A stretch of 63,086 nt of DNA, counting the filler, from Dehalococcoidia bacterium (GTDB taxonomy: Bacteria; Chloroflexota; Dehalococcoidia; DSTF01; JACRBR01): NCBI GenBank assembly GCA_041494685.1. It is 3 parts of 3 records of this genome, joined end to end, with 100 filler letters (N's around TTAATTAATTAA, not from the genome) between each part and the next. Parts side by side here need not be neighbours in the genome. Positions count along the whole stretch, not along the records: positions 36,494 to 63,086 come from JBGQBE010000046.1; 2 more parts are not named here. One strand, given 5' to 3'. The position numbers and the translations under genes were made by a program. The notes beneath the pieces were generated by a model. The model ran no database searches, was not told the DNA's origin, and worked only from the letters and a program-made list of their open reading frames with translations. Shown piece by piece: positions 51,397 through 62,400 of this stretch. Within the stretch, counting starts at the first letter, position 1. Each line of letters opens with the position of its first letter.

Positions 51397-51771
51397 TCAG
51401 GCGGCGCGGCCGGTGGAGGATTGCTCGCGTTCGTCGGGCTCTTCGGCCGGCAGGAGGTCGAGGCGAGCAGCCGTCCGCTTCGGCAGCCTGGAAACGACGC
51501 GATCGGCGAAGATCGCCCCCTGGCGCAGGTGGTTCTCGAGGATGTCGAGGGCGAACCGCAGCCGCGCCGGCGTACGCCGGTCCGTTGGCGCACACCGGAG
51601 CTCGGTGACGCGGTCGAGCGCGAAGCGGAGGCGCCTGGCGTAGCGTTCGACCGCGCGGGCCTCGCCGTCCTCCGTGAGGACGTGCGCGTCCAGGGCGAGC
51701 AGCAGGCGTGCCGCATCGCGCTCCGTCTCTGTGGCGTCATCGGTGTTGTCGGGGCTGTTGTCGTGATGCAT
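51397..51771 (-). CDS. Hypothetical helical protein
   Basis: Plausible composition, with an internal RLRFALD repeat. Confidence 0.5.
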   Translation of the reverse strand: MHHDNSPDNTDDATETERDAARLLLALDAHVLTEDGEARAVERYARRLRFALDRVTELRCAPTDRRTPARLRFALDILENHLRQGAIFADRVVSRLPKRTAARLDLLPAEEPDEREQSSTGRAA

Positions 51772-51976
51772 ATGTTGCTCCGGCAGGCTTCCCTGATTGC
51801 TGTCAAATGTATGCGGGAGCGCGCCGGTTGGGGATACGGGAACTCCCGCGATGCAGCACGCTCTTTCGCTCACAGTCGTGCCTGCCCAAGCCGTCCGCGG
51901 CGAATGTCCGTTCCGGCGAACCCACCCGCGGATCGATCGCACGGAGGCTCGATGTTCGCCCGGTGGGCCGAAACGA

Positions 51977-52009
51977 AGACAGGCCCGGAGTGTTCCTCCG
52001 GGCCTGTCT
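51977..52009 (-). terminator. Intrinsic terminator after the cold-shock gene
   Basis: 14-bp perfect stem AGACAGGCCCGGAG / CTCCGGGCCTGTCT, followed by TCGTTT on the minus strand. Confidence 0.8.
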
Positions 52010-52029
52010 ATCACGTGCGCGCGGCGTAA

Positions 52030-52245
52030 CTAGCTTGCGACGCGGACGTTGAGCGCACGGCTCTTGCGCGGGTCGCGGTCGTCCGCACCCTTCTCGAACT
52101 CGACGGTCTGCCCCTCCTGGAGCGAGTCGAAGATGCCGCCCTGCACGGCCGACGTGTGGAAGAACAGGTCTTCCGACTCGCCTTCCGGGCGGATGAAGCC
52201 GAAGCCTCGGTCACGGGCGATCCGCTTGATTTGTCCAGTTGCCAT
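52030..52245 (-). CDS. Cold-shock domain protein
   Basis: RGFGFI (RNP1) and DLFFH (RNP2); RBS AGGAGG. Confidence 0.95.
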   Translation of the reverse strand: MATGQIKRIARDRGFGFIRPEGESEDLFFHTSAVQGGIFDSLQEGQTVEFEKGADDRDPRKSRALNVRVAS

Positions 52246-52630
52246 GGATGTACCTCCTATCGCCTGGGACTGATTGGTGTGACCAGTAGCGACTTGCTGC
52301 CGGGCGTCCCACGACGTTCTGCACGTAATCGGTTGGGCCCATCCTAGGGGCCGAGCCTCAGTACCTGGAGTCGTCGTGTGTTGCGGAAGAACCGAAGCAG
52401 CAGGAGGACTTGCGGCGAGGACTTACCCGGTGAGTGTACCACAAGGGGCCTCCCACTGCCGTGGATTCGCCGGCTGGCGGCGCATCGCCGCATGCCCGGC
52501 GCGCGCGGTTCCGGCGAGTAGAGCGCAAACGCGTCAAGTTCCGCGGATTCCCCGTGCGTCGCGAGATCCTCTGCTGTACAATCGCGGCACTCCCGTCGCG
52601 TGTTCATCTTTGTTTCCGAGGGGCCGGAAC

Positions 52631-55600
52631 TTGTTTCCACGCATTCTACGAAGAGCGCTCGTCCCTTCCGCGGTGCTCGTCGGACTGGCCGTCGCGCTTG
52701 CTGGTCCCGCGGGGCTCACGCGCAGCGCGTCGCAGACGTCGCCCAACCTCATCAACGCCCTGGCGCCTCTTGTCCCGCAAGCCACGCCGATGGTCGCCGT
52801 CGGCGGCACTCACACCTGCGCACTCGATGCCGCGGGCGGCGTGCGCTGCTGGGGACGCAACGCGGAGGGCCAGATTGGCGACGGCACGACGACCAGTAGC
52901 CCGCGCCCGACACACGTCACGGGCCTGGACAGCGGCGTCGTGGCGATCGCCGCCGGCTCCGCGCACACGTGCGCGTTGACCACCGCCGGCGGAGTGAAGT
53001 GCTGGGGGAACAACGCCGACGGCGAGCTGGGCGACTTCACCCAGATCAACCGATCCGTGCCCGTCGACGTGATCAACCTGACGAGCGGCGTCGCCGCGAT
53101 CTCCGCGGGCGACCGCCACACGTGCGCGCTGATGGCGACCGGCGGCATGACGTGCTGGGGTTACAACGTCTACGGCGAAGTCGGCAACGGAACGAGCGGC
53201 AACTCATGGCTGGGCGCGGTGCCGGTGTGCGCGAGCGGCAGCGGCTTCGGCTGCGTCGGCGGCGCGCCGCTCACAGGCATCGCATCGATCTCGGCCGGCG
53301 GCATCAACACGTGCGCCGTCACGACGGCCGGGGCGCTGAAGTGCTGGGGCGGCAACTACAACGGTCAGTTGGGCCTCGGCATCTTGTCGGACAGTCCGCT
53401 ACCGCCAGGCGGTATTTGTCCGACGTCCGCGGAACCGAACGCCACGTGCATCTCCCTTCCGACCGACGTCCCGAGCCTGCAGAGCGGGATAGCGGCGGTC
53501 AACGCGGGTGACGCCGCGTGCGCGCTGACCACGACCGGCGGCGTGACGTGCTGGGGGTTGAACAATCAGGGCCAGACCGGCAGCGGCACGGAGTCGCCTT
53601 GCAACCCGAAGGTGCCCCCGCAACCGTTCGTGATTTGCGATCGCCCGCAGCCCGAGCCGGCCGGCGTGAGCGGGTTGAGCAGCGGCGTCGCCGCAATCTC
53701 GGGCGGCTGCGCGCTGATGTTGACCGGGGGGGTGAAGTGCTGGGGCGATAACGTCTTCGGGCAGGTCGGCGACGGTACGACGAGCGTCCGCACAACGCCC
53801 GTGGACGTAAGTGGATTGAGCAGCGGCGTCGCCTCGATGAGCCAGGGGGAGGCGGTGCACCGGTGCACCGTCATGGCCGCCGGCGGCCTCAAGTGCTGGG
53901 GGTCGAACAGCTGGGGGCAGCTCGGCGCGGCCTCCGCCGCCACCTGCTACCTCGGGTGGCCCTGCAGCCTGGTGCCTATCGACGTCTCGCAGTGCTCGAT
54001 CTGCGTCGAAGGCATCGAGTTCCAGCACCAGGTCTATCCGGACGACATCAACTGGGTGACGGTGGGTGGGCAGGGGACGACCGATGGCAACCGGGTGCGG
54101 GTGGTCGCGACGATTGACAACCAGAGCACATCGTCCGCGGACGTCACCATCGAGTTCCGCGACGGGCAGACCGGGACGCTGCTCCCCGGCGGCTCGATCG
54201 CGGGCACGGTGCCTGCGAGCAGCCAGATGCCCGTCACGTTCACCTGGGACACGACCGGGTTCTCCTGGGCTCCGGGCAACGTCCCCCACCCGCAGCGGCT
54301 GATCCGCGTCAACGTGCTGCAGGGCGTGGACGTCTCCGATTTCAACCAGCGCTTCATCACGCTCGTACCGAAGCCCGTCGTGTTGGTGCACGGTTTTGTA
54401 AGCGACTTCACGACCTGGTCGGCCTACCAGGGTTTTCTCGCGAGCGTCCGCCCTGACTGGAAAGCCTTCGCCGTGGGCGATGGGCAGGTCCCCGGCGCGA
54501 TGAATACCGGTTCGCTGTCACACCCGCATCAGCTCACCAACACGATCGACGAGAATGCCATCCAGATGTCGACGTACGTCAACGGCATCCGAACGGCGCA
54601 CAACGCGTGGCACGTGGATGTCGTCGCGCATTCAATGGGCGGGCTGATCTCGCGCGATTACATCCAGTACTGGATGCCGCCGGACGCGTACGGCTCGCCC
54701 GTGATCAGCCATCTGATCATGCTCGGCACACCGAATCGCGGTACTTCGTGTGCGGACATCGCGACGCCGTTCGTGCTCCCGCTGGCCTTCCCCGCGCTGA
54801 CACAGCTCACCCGCACGTACGTGATGGGCTTCTTCGACCAGCAGGTCACGAACCGGCGCAACGTTCCATTCTCAATCTCCGCGGGCATCATTCTTCCGCT
54901 GACGTGCCTCGATGGGCCTGGCGATCTCGTGGTGCCCTGGGACAGCGCTGTCTCCACCGGAACCGCCCCGGCATCCGCGATCGCGGATCGGGAGACGCGC
55001 GCCATCATCCACGTGAAGATGACGGCGTCCAAGCCGACGTTCGACGAGTTCGTGTTGCCGCGCCTGAGCGGCGATGTCACGCCCGCGAGCGCCGCCCTGT
55101 CCGCGGCGGCGCATTTGACGGCGGCGCAGGCTCAGCCCGCCGTCGTGGAGACGCCCCCGCCATCACCGCAGATCCTGTCAGAGCTGACCGCGAGCATCGG
55201 CCCGGGCAGCAGCGTGGACCTCCCATTCGCCGTCACCGACGGCACCGAGTTGGGCGTGACATTGCTGCTACCGCCGCAGGTGACATCCATTCTGCGCGAC
55301 CCGACCAGCGCCGACGTCAGCACGATCACGGCCAACACGGACGACGCGAGCCAGCCCATCCGCACACATTACGCAGCCTCGCCGGCCGCCGGTACCTGGA
55401 CGCTGCACGTGGAGAACACGGGCGCCGACTCGGTCGACCTGGCAGGATCGTCGTGGGTGCAGGGCAGCGCTGTTGATCTCCAGATCGCTCCTCCCGCTCC
55501 CAACCCGGATGGCACCGTGCCCCTCGTCGCCACGTTGACGAACGCGGGCAGCCCCGTCACCGGCGGAACGTTGACGGCCACGCTCGTCGGCACGGCCGGC

Positions 55601-57913
55601 GCCCTCGCGCCTGTCAGCCTGTTCGACGACGGCTTGCACGGAGACGGCGCGGCCCTTGACGGGGTCTACGGCGCGGCCACCGGCATGTTGGACACAGGCA
55701 CGTACAGCATCGGCGTCCAGGCGACCGCAACGGGCATCAGCCGGCTGACCACCAGCGCGGTCGAGATCGGCGCGGCAGGCGCGACGGCCACGCCGACGGC
55801 TACCGGTACTGCGACGGCTACCCCGTCGCCGACGAATACGCCCACGGCAACCGAGACTCCCACCGCCACTGCCACCTCCACGCCGACCGGGACCCCCACC
55901 CCGACCGACACGTCGACGGCGACCAACACCGCGACGGCGACCGGCACGCCAACCCCCACTCCGACGGCGGCCGGCCCGGGTGCGACGTTCGCAGTCGACA
56001 GCACGAACGATGCGGTCGACGCGAATCCCGGCGATGGAGTCTGCGCATCGTCGATCGCGGAGTGCACGCTCCGTGCCGCGATCATGGAAGCGAACGCCCA
56101 TGCCGGCGCGGATACGATCAGCGTTCCGGCCGGCAGCTACATCCTGGCGCTCACCGGGCCGGACGAAGATGCCGGCGCCACCGGCGACCTCGATGTTACG
56201 GACGGCGTGACGATCCAGGGCGCCGGCGCCGCGACCACGATCATCGATGCGAACGCGGGCAATCCGCGCGACCGCGCCTTCCACATCCACGGCGCGAGCG
56301 GCGCGCCACAGGTGAAGATGAGCGGCCTCACTATCACCGGTGGCGCAAGCACAACCGGCAGTGGCGGCGGCATCTACAACGACCACGCTGCGTTAACGCT
56401 GACGGCGGTCTCTGTACAGGCGAACCACGTCGCCGACTCGGGCGGGGGCATCTACAACAACAACGGCAACGTGATCATCGAGCAGAGTACGATCGACGGC
56501 AACAACACGAGCTTCAACGGCGATGGCGGCGGCATCGCGAACGCCGGCGCTGCGGCGACGCTGTCGCTGGCGAACGACACGGTGAGCCGCAACTACGCAT
56601 TCATCGGCGGCGGCGTCTTCAACCTGGGCGGCTACGCGTCGCTCAGGAACGTCACGGTGAGCCAGAACCGCTTCACCGGCGGCGGCGAGGGCGGTGGTGT
56701 CGACAACTTCGTCGGCACCATGGACGTCGCAAACACGCTGTTTGCCAACAATTTCGCCAACTGCGGCCGGGGATTCACGTCACTCGGCCACAACCTTGAC
56801 ACGGATGGGAGCTGCGGGCTTTCGGGTCCGGGTGACGTGTCGGCCGTGCCTCCCCAGAGCATCGACGCGCTGCTTGGGCCGCTGCAGGACAACGGCGGCC
56901 CGACGCACACCTTCGCGCTCCTGGCGGGAAGCCCGGCTATCGACAGCGCGTCGGACGACCCCTGCGAGCGGTTCGACCAGCGCGGCATCTCGCGTCCGCA
57001 GGACGGCGACGGCGACGGAATCGCGATCTGCGACATCGGCGCGTTCGAAGCGCAGCCCGGCGAGGCGGCGGCGCCGACGCCGACGGAGACGCCAGTGCCC
57101 GTCGACACCGATACGCCGACGCCCACCGACACGCCGTCCGCGGTTCAGACTGATACGCCCACGGTGACGGCCACCCAAACGGCGACGGAGACGGCCGTGC
57201 CGACCGCCACCGATACATCGACGCCGACGGTCACCCCGACGGCAACGGAGACGTCCACGCCGGCCGCCACCGATACGCCCACAGCGACGGCCACCCACAC
57301 AGCGACAGAGACGGCCGTGCCGACCGCGACCGATACGCCGACGCCGACGGTTACCCCGACGGTAACGGAGACGCCGACGCCAACCGCCACCGGCACGTCC
57401 ACGCCTACGAATTCACCGACCGCGACAAGTACCGCCGTAGCGGGCGGCGGTGATCCAACGCCGGTGTCGACTCACACTGCCGTGGTCACGCACACGGCTG
57501 TGGTGACCCGCACTGCCGTGGTCACGCACACGGCCGTGGTCACGCGCACGGCTGTGGTGACCCGCACCGTCGTGGCCACGCGGACCGTGACGGGGGAGGA
57601 CACGGGGACGCCGGCGCCCACCGCCACCAGCACGCGCACGCCGCAGGACGACGACACCGCGCCGGCTACGCACACCGCCGTCGTCCCGAGGCAGCCCGCG
57701 GCCACGGGCACGGTCGCGGTCTCTCCCTCGCCCCGGAGCACGGTGCTGGGCGTCACGAGGCAGCCGGTCGGCGGCGCCGCCGCTGCCTCCGCCCTCCCGA
57801 ACACGGGCCAGGGCGGCGAGAGCAGTTCGATGAGCTACCTGCTCGCGATACTGGTGCTGGCCGCGGCCGGCGCCGGCCTTGCCGGTGCGGTGGTCGGCCG
57901 CCGGCGCGGGTAG
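52631..57913 (+). CDS. Large sortase-signal surface protein: RCC1-like repeats, alpha/beta hydrolase, CSLREA/beta-helix region, Pro/Thr stalk, LPNTG
   Basis: HTCA...CWG.N..GQLG repeats; VLVHG, AHSMGG, GTPNRG; DDGLHGD; CTLRAAIMEAN; DQRG...CDIGAFE; LPNTG-TM-RRR. Start inferred at TTG 52631. Confidence 0.9.
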   Translation: MFPRILRRALVPSAVLVGLAVALAGPAGLTRSASQTSPNLINALAPLVPQATPMVAVGGTHTCALDAAGGVRCWGRNAEGQIGDGTTTSSPRPTHVTGLDSGVVAIAAGSAHTCALTTAGGVKCWGNNADGELGDFTQINRSVPVDVINLTSGVAAISAGDRHTCALMATGGMTCWGYNVYGEVGNGTSGNSWLGAVPVCASGSGFGCVGGAPLTGIASISAGGINTCAVTTAGALKCWGGNYNGQLGLGILSDSPLPPGGICPTSAEPNATCISLPTDVPSLQSGIAAVNAGDAACALTTTGGVTCWGLNNQGQTGSGTESPCNPKVPPQPFVICDRPQPEPAGVSGLSSGVAAISGGCALMLTGGVKCWGDNVFGQVGDGTTSVRTTPVDVSGLSSGVASMSQGEAVHRCTVMAAGGLKCWGSNSWGQLGAASAATCYLGWPCSLVPIDVSQCSICVEGIEFQHQVYPDDINWVTVGGQGTTDGNRVRVVATIDNQSTSSADVTIEFRDGQTGTLLPGGSIAGTVPASSQMPVTFTWDTTGFSWAPGNVPHPQRLIRVNVLQGVDVSDFNQRFITLVPKPVVLVHGFVSDFTTWSAYQGFLASVRPDWKAFAVGDGQVPGAMNTGSLSHPHQLTNTIDENAIQMSTYVNGIRTAHNAWHVDVVAHSMGGLISRDYIQYWMPPDAYGSPVISHLIMLGTPNRGTSCADIATPFVLPLAFPALTQLTRTYVMGFFDQQVTNRRNVPFSISAGIILPLTCLDGPGDLVVPWDSAVSTGTAPASAIADRETRAIIHVKMTASKPTFDEFVLPRLSGDVTPASAALSAAAHLTAAQAQPAVVETPPPSPQILSELTASIGPGSSVDLPFAVTDGTELGVTLLLPPQVTSILRDPTSADVSTITANTDDASQPIRTHYAASPAAGTWTLHVENTGADSVDLAGSSWVQGSAVDLQIAPPAPNPDGTVPLVATLTNAGSPVTGGTLTATLVGTAGALAPVSLFDDGLHGDGAALDGVYGAATGMLDTGTYSIGVQATATGISRLTTSAVEIGAAGATATPTATGTATATPSPTNTPTATETPTATATSTPTGTPTPTDTSTATNTATATGTPTPTPTAAGPGATFAVDSTNDAVDANPGDGVCASSIAECTLRAAIMEANAHAGADTISVPAGSYILALTGPDEDAGATGDLDVTDGVTIQGAGAATTIIDANAGNPRDRAFHIHGASGAPQVKMSGLTITGGASTTGSGGGIYNDHAALTLTAVSVQANHVADSGGGIYNNNGNVIIEQSTIDGNNTSFNGDGGGIANAGAAATLSLANDTVSRNYAFIGGGVFNLGGYASLRNVTVSQNRFTGGGEGGGVDNFVGTMDVANTLFANNFANCGRGFTSLGHNLDTDGSCGLSGPGDVSAVPPQSIDALLGPLQDNGGPTHTFALLAGSPAIDSASDDPCERFDQRGISRPQDGDGDGIAICDIGAFEAQPGEAAAPTPTETPVPVDTDTPTPTDTPSAVQTDTPTVTATQTATETAVPTATDTSTPTVTPTATETSTPAATDTPTATATHTATETAVPTATDTPTPTVTPTVTETPTPTATGTSTPTNSPTATSTAVAGGGDPTPVSTHTAVVTHTAVVTRTAVVTHTAVVTRTAVVTRTVVATRTVTGEDTGTPAPTATSTRTPQDDDTAPATHTAVVPRQPAATGTVAVSPSPRSTVLGVTRQPVGGAAAASALPNTGQGGESSSMSYLLAILVLAAAGAGLAGAVVGRRRG
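57473..57580 (+). repeat. Six 18-bp coding tandem repeats, (H/R)TAVVT
   Basis: Units like CACACTGCCGTGGTCACG; the last unit is degenerate. Confidence 0.85.
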
Positions 57914-58071
57914 GGCGCGCCGTCCGCACCTGACCGGACGTGCGAGAGCATCGACCGGGGCGACGTCATAGCGGCCGCATCATGAGGGCGACTCAGAGTT
58001 GGTGTCGAACCCACACGAGCGGCGCCGCAAGGTCCGCACCCGGTGGGCATCCGTCGTCCCGGTCCGCTTCG

Positions 58072-59103
58072 TCACCAGCGCGCCTCGTGCTCCTCGACCC
58101 AGCCGAAGAGGTCTCGCAGCTCGATAGCTTCGCCGGCGTCCGGAGTGATGCGGCCGGAGTAGCGGCCGAACATCTGGTGCGCGTTCGTGTAGTAGGTGTC
58201 CTTGTTGCCGCTCTCGGAGACGCGCTCGTACTCCGGCTCGAAGAACAGATCGACGCGGTCGGTCGCGGCGGTGCGGACGCGCCAGGGCTTCATCATGACG
58301 GCGCGGTCGTACTCGAAGACGACGTCTTCGCTGATCTTCGTGAGGCGGCCATCGACACACACGCCGTTCTCGGTCATGCCCGTGCCGTCGGTCCACTGGC
58401 CTCCGAAGTTCAGTCCGACGGTGCGTCCGCGCTGTACGCCCGATGCGGAGCCCCAGTTCCAGACCGTGTGCTCAGGCCAGACGCCGCGACCGTAGTCGAG
58501 GCAGCCGAACGCGGGTGTCGCAAGCTCAAGCCGTTCGTCATCGAGCTGCACGAAGCCGGACGCCGGCAGCGTGTTCTGCTTCGAGGTGAACTGGAACTGG
58601 AGGTCGCTCCAGGGGATCACGACGTTCAGCGTCTCATGGCCGCGCGGCCGCTCGATGAGGATGTCTGCCTTCAGCCGCATGCCGCCGAAGTCGCCGGCCT
58701 CGACGCGGATACGCGTGCCGGAGCCCTCATCGGTGAGCGCGACGCGCATGGCGGGATGCTCGATGACGATGTCGCCGGAGATCGTCTCGGGCATCGCGAT
58801 GGTGTTCGCCGGCCGAACGACGGTCTTGTCGATGTGGCGATGCGTGCGCCGGTCGAAGATGTACGCGCCCCCGAGTTGCAGTCGATCCACGTCGGCGATG
58901 GTGGCCGAGAAGAGCAGGTCGTTGCTGGTGACGGCCCAGTAGTTCCACTTCTTCTTGCGCGCGAGCGACGGCGGCAGGTTGCACGTGTGCAGAGGCTGGC
59001 GCGACCAGCCAACAGCAAGGCGATTGAGCCGGCCGTCCGGCCCGCAGAGCGGCACGGGAACCGTGAGTTCGGGTTCGTGGTGCGGGCGCGATGTTGTCGG
59101 CAT
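58072..59103 (-). CDS. DUF2804 family protein
   Basis: GWSRQP, KKWNYW, QFTSKQN, LDYGRGVWP, TGMTEN, EEHEARW. Confidence 0.85.
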   Translation of the reverse strand: MPTTSRPHHEPELTVPVPLCGPDGRLNRLAVGWSRQPLHTCNLPPSLARKKKWNYWAVTSNDLLFSATIADVDRLQLGGAYIFDRRTHRHIDKTVVRPANTIAMPETISGDIVIEHPAMRVALTDEGSGTRIRVEAGDFGGMRLKADILIERPRGHETLNVVIPWSDLQFQFTSKQNTLPASGFVQLDDERLELATPAFGCLDYGRGVWPEHTVWNWGSASGVQRGRTVGLNFGGQWTDGTGMTENGVCVDGRLTKISEDVVFEYDRAVMMKPWRVRTAATDRVDLFFEPEYERVSESGNKDTYYTNAHQMFGRYSGRITPDAGEAIELRDLFGWVEEHEARW

Positions 59104-59451
59104 GCGCCGAGCATACGCGGGACAGACGATAGGGGGTAGCGGGCGGCGGCCGGGGGAGACTGTTCGCGGGCCTGCACACCTGGCTGCGTTCGACGTGAGC
59201 GGCCCTGCCTGGCAGGCGGCGTTCATCGTCGGGGTCGCATTCGCCGTCGCGAGTCAGAAGGTCTTGCTTGCGAGATGGACCATGCGCGGCAGTCCACACG
59301 CCTCTTGACACACATGCCTCTTGACATGAGTATTGCGGATGGCCGATGATCGCCCCCTGATCCTCGCGTGCACACGTTTCTGCCAGGTGCGCCGGCCGTC
59401 GCTCTGAGAGGCGGCGTCCGCGGGTGCTGATCGGCCGGGTATGGTGCCCTC

Positions 59452-62400
59452 ATGAGCACGCGACGCATGTTGCGCATTTGTCACTCCCTGTTGCGAGTTC
59501 CGCCGCTGGGGTTGGTGGTCCAGGCCGCGCCTCGGTGGAAGCGGCTGCATCTGCCATCTCTCCCTCTCAACGACCCAATCACGCGTACCCCTCGCCGCCG
59601 GCAATGGTTGGCGCCCGGAGCGTTCGCCTTGCTCGCGGTCCTGGCGCTGGTACTGGTCGCGACCGCGGAAGGGCGGCCGGCCGCGTCCGCCCAACTATCC
59701 CAGGCGCCGGACAATGGCTTGCCTGACAACGTCTCGCCGTCAGTTGTTGCCACGCGTATGGTGTGCTCCTTCGCAAACAGCGACGCGCGAGGTGCGCACA
59801 TCCAGGGCGCGGACGGGGGCGCTTCGGTTCTCGTCGGTGACACGTCGTACTGGTTGTTCGGAGATACGCTCCTGCTGCCTGAATCCGGCCGGCAGATCCA
59901 ACCCAACGCGCTCGCGTGGTCGACCACACGCAGTCCTGATGGCTGTCCGTCCCTGCAGTACTTCACGGACGCAGGGGTGGCGGCGCCCCTTCTCGATAAG
60001 GACGGCTCGCTGACAGCCTGGCCCAGTGGAGCCTGGCCCATCGATGATCACACATTCGATTTCTTTACCGTCTATGTCTACGGATCTGGCCCGTTCGCCT
60101 ACAACATCGGGGAGATCGGTCTGGCTCAGCTGGACACGCGGACCATGCAAGTCCGGGCCGCGTCGCGTGACCTGTGGGACGCGCGCAGCGGCTTCACCAG
60201 TCAGGTGATCGGAGCGCAGCCCGTCGAGCTCGACCACGACGGCTTCCTGCGAATCATCCTGGGCACGAGAGACGGAGACGAGCTGCTCGCTCGCGCCGCG
60301 CCGGACTCGCTTTCGAATCCCGACACGTACGAATTCTGGGACGGGGATGGATGGTCACACGACCCGGCGCGCGCCAGTGCGCTCTGGTCTCAAGTCGCAC
60401 CATCGGATCCGGTACAGCGCCTCGCGTCGTTCAGCGGCGGCGTCAGCATTGCCTACAACCGCTACCTTGGAAAGTACGTCGCCGTGCAGAACGTCGGCTT
60501 CGACAAGATCGGAGCCCGCGTGGCCGACCGCCTCGAGGGACCGTGGAGCGCGCCGACCGCCTGGCTCGATTGCTCGACCCTCGCCGCCCCCGCCGTGCCC
60601 GTCTGTTACAGCCCGTATCAGCATCCCGAGCTGTCTTCGCCAGACGGCCGCACAATCGTGCTCACGTTCACGCGCATGGCCAGCTATGACGTCGTGGTGT
60701 ACGAGGTAACGCTCGGGGTACCGGTACGCGCGATTGGCGAAGCTGGAGCCAGCGGCACGGAGACGCCGACGGTGGCGGCTGGCACGCAACAGACGCCGAC
60801 GTCGCCCGCGCTCGCCGCCCAGCAGACTTCTACACCGACCGCGCCGATTCAAACGCCGGAGGGAGTCGCGACCCGTGCGGGCGCCACCGGCCTCGCGTCA
60901 AGTCCGCCGGCCACCGCAACACCGTCGCCGATGGCGGCCGAAGGGGCGGCGGTCGTGTCGCCCGGCAGCATCGCCGGCACGGTGACGAACGCCCTTGGCA
61001 CGCCGATCGCCGGCGCGAGCGTCTCGGCAAATTCGTCGCCCTGCTGCGGGGGCAGCGGGAGCACCACGACCGCCGGGGACGGCACGTACGTCATCACCGG
61101 GCTGGCACCGGGGAGCTACAAGGTGCAGGCCCAGGCGTCAGGCTACGCGCCCACCTACTACAACGGCACCTACGACTACAACGCCGCGACACTCGTAGCT
61201 GTGGCGAGCGGCACCACGACGCCCGGCATCAACTTCGCGCTGGCGCCCGCCGGCGGCATCACCGGTACGGTAACGAACGCCCTCGGCACACCGATCGCCG
61301 GAGCGAGCGTCGAGGCGAGCCGCGCCGCTTGCTGCGGCTACGGCTATGCCACGACCGCGGGCGATGGCACGTACACCATCACTGATCTCGAGCCGGGCAG
61401 CTACCGGGTGCAGGCCCAGGCACCAGGCTACGCGCCGACCTACTACAACGCCACGTACGACTACAACACCGCGACACTCGTACCAGTGACGAGCGGCAGC
61501 GTGGCGCCCGGCATCAACTTCGGGCTCGCCCAAGCCGGCGGTATCGCCGGCACGGTGACGAATGCCCTTGGCACGCCGATCGCCGGAGCAAGCGTCTACG
61601 CTTCCTCATCGACCTGCTGCCTGCCTGGCGGTGGAACGACGACCGCCGGCGATGGCACGTACGCCATCACTGATCTCGCGCCGGGCAGCTACAAGGTGCA
61701 GGCCCAGGCGTCAGGCTATGCGCCGACCTACTACAACGGCACGTACGACTACAACGCCGCGACGCCTGTCACTGCGATGAGCGGCACCACGACGCCCGGC
61801 ATCAACTTCGCGCTCGCGCAGGCCGGCAGCATCGCCGGCACGGTGACGAATGCGCTCAGCACGCCCATCGCCGGAGCGAGCCTCATGGCGTGTCCGGTCG
61901 TCGGCGGCTTGTGCGGGAGCGCCACGAGCGCCGGGGACGGCACCTACGTCATCACCGGGCTGGCGCCGGGCAGTCACATAGTGTCGGCCCAGGCGTCAGG
62001 CTATGCGCCCACGTACTACAATGGCACCTACAACTACAGCGCGGCGACCCTCGTCACGGTGACGAGCGGCAGCACGACGCCCGGCATCAACTTCGCGCTC
62101 GCGCCCGCCGGCAGCATCGCTGGCACCGTGACGAACGCACTTGGCACACCGATCGCCGGCGTGACCGTCTCGGCGAATCCGTCGTCCTGCTGCGGGTCCG
62201 GCGGGAGCACCACGACCGCCGGGGACGGCACCTACGTCATCACCGGGCTGGCGCCGGGCAACTACACGATGCAGGCCCAGGCGTCGGGCTACGCGCCCAC
62301 TTACTACAACGGCACCTACGACTACGGCGCGGCGACGCCCGTCACCGTGGCGAGCGGCACCACGACGCCCGGTGTCAACTTCGCGCTCGCGCAGGCCGGC

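Noticed and set aside
52246..52420. Riboswitch or novel ncRNA upstream of the cold-shock gene
   Set aside because: Some pairing is possible (GGGAC/GTCCC), but long structured leaders are normal for csp genes and I recognise no family motif.
57060..57580. Tandem DNA repeats as CRISPR or ncRNA
   Set aside because: They are in-frame Pro/Thr and TAVVT stalk repeats with no unique spacers.
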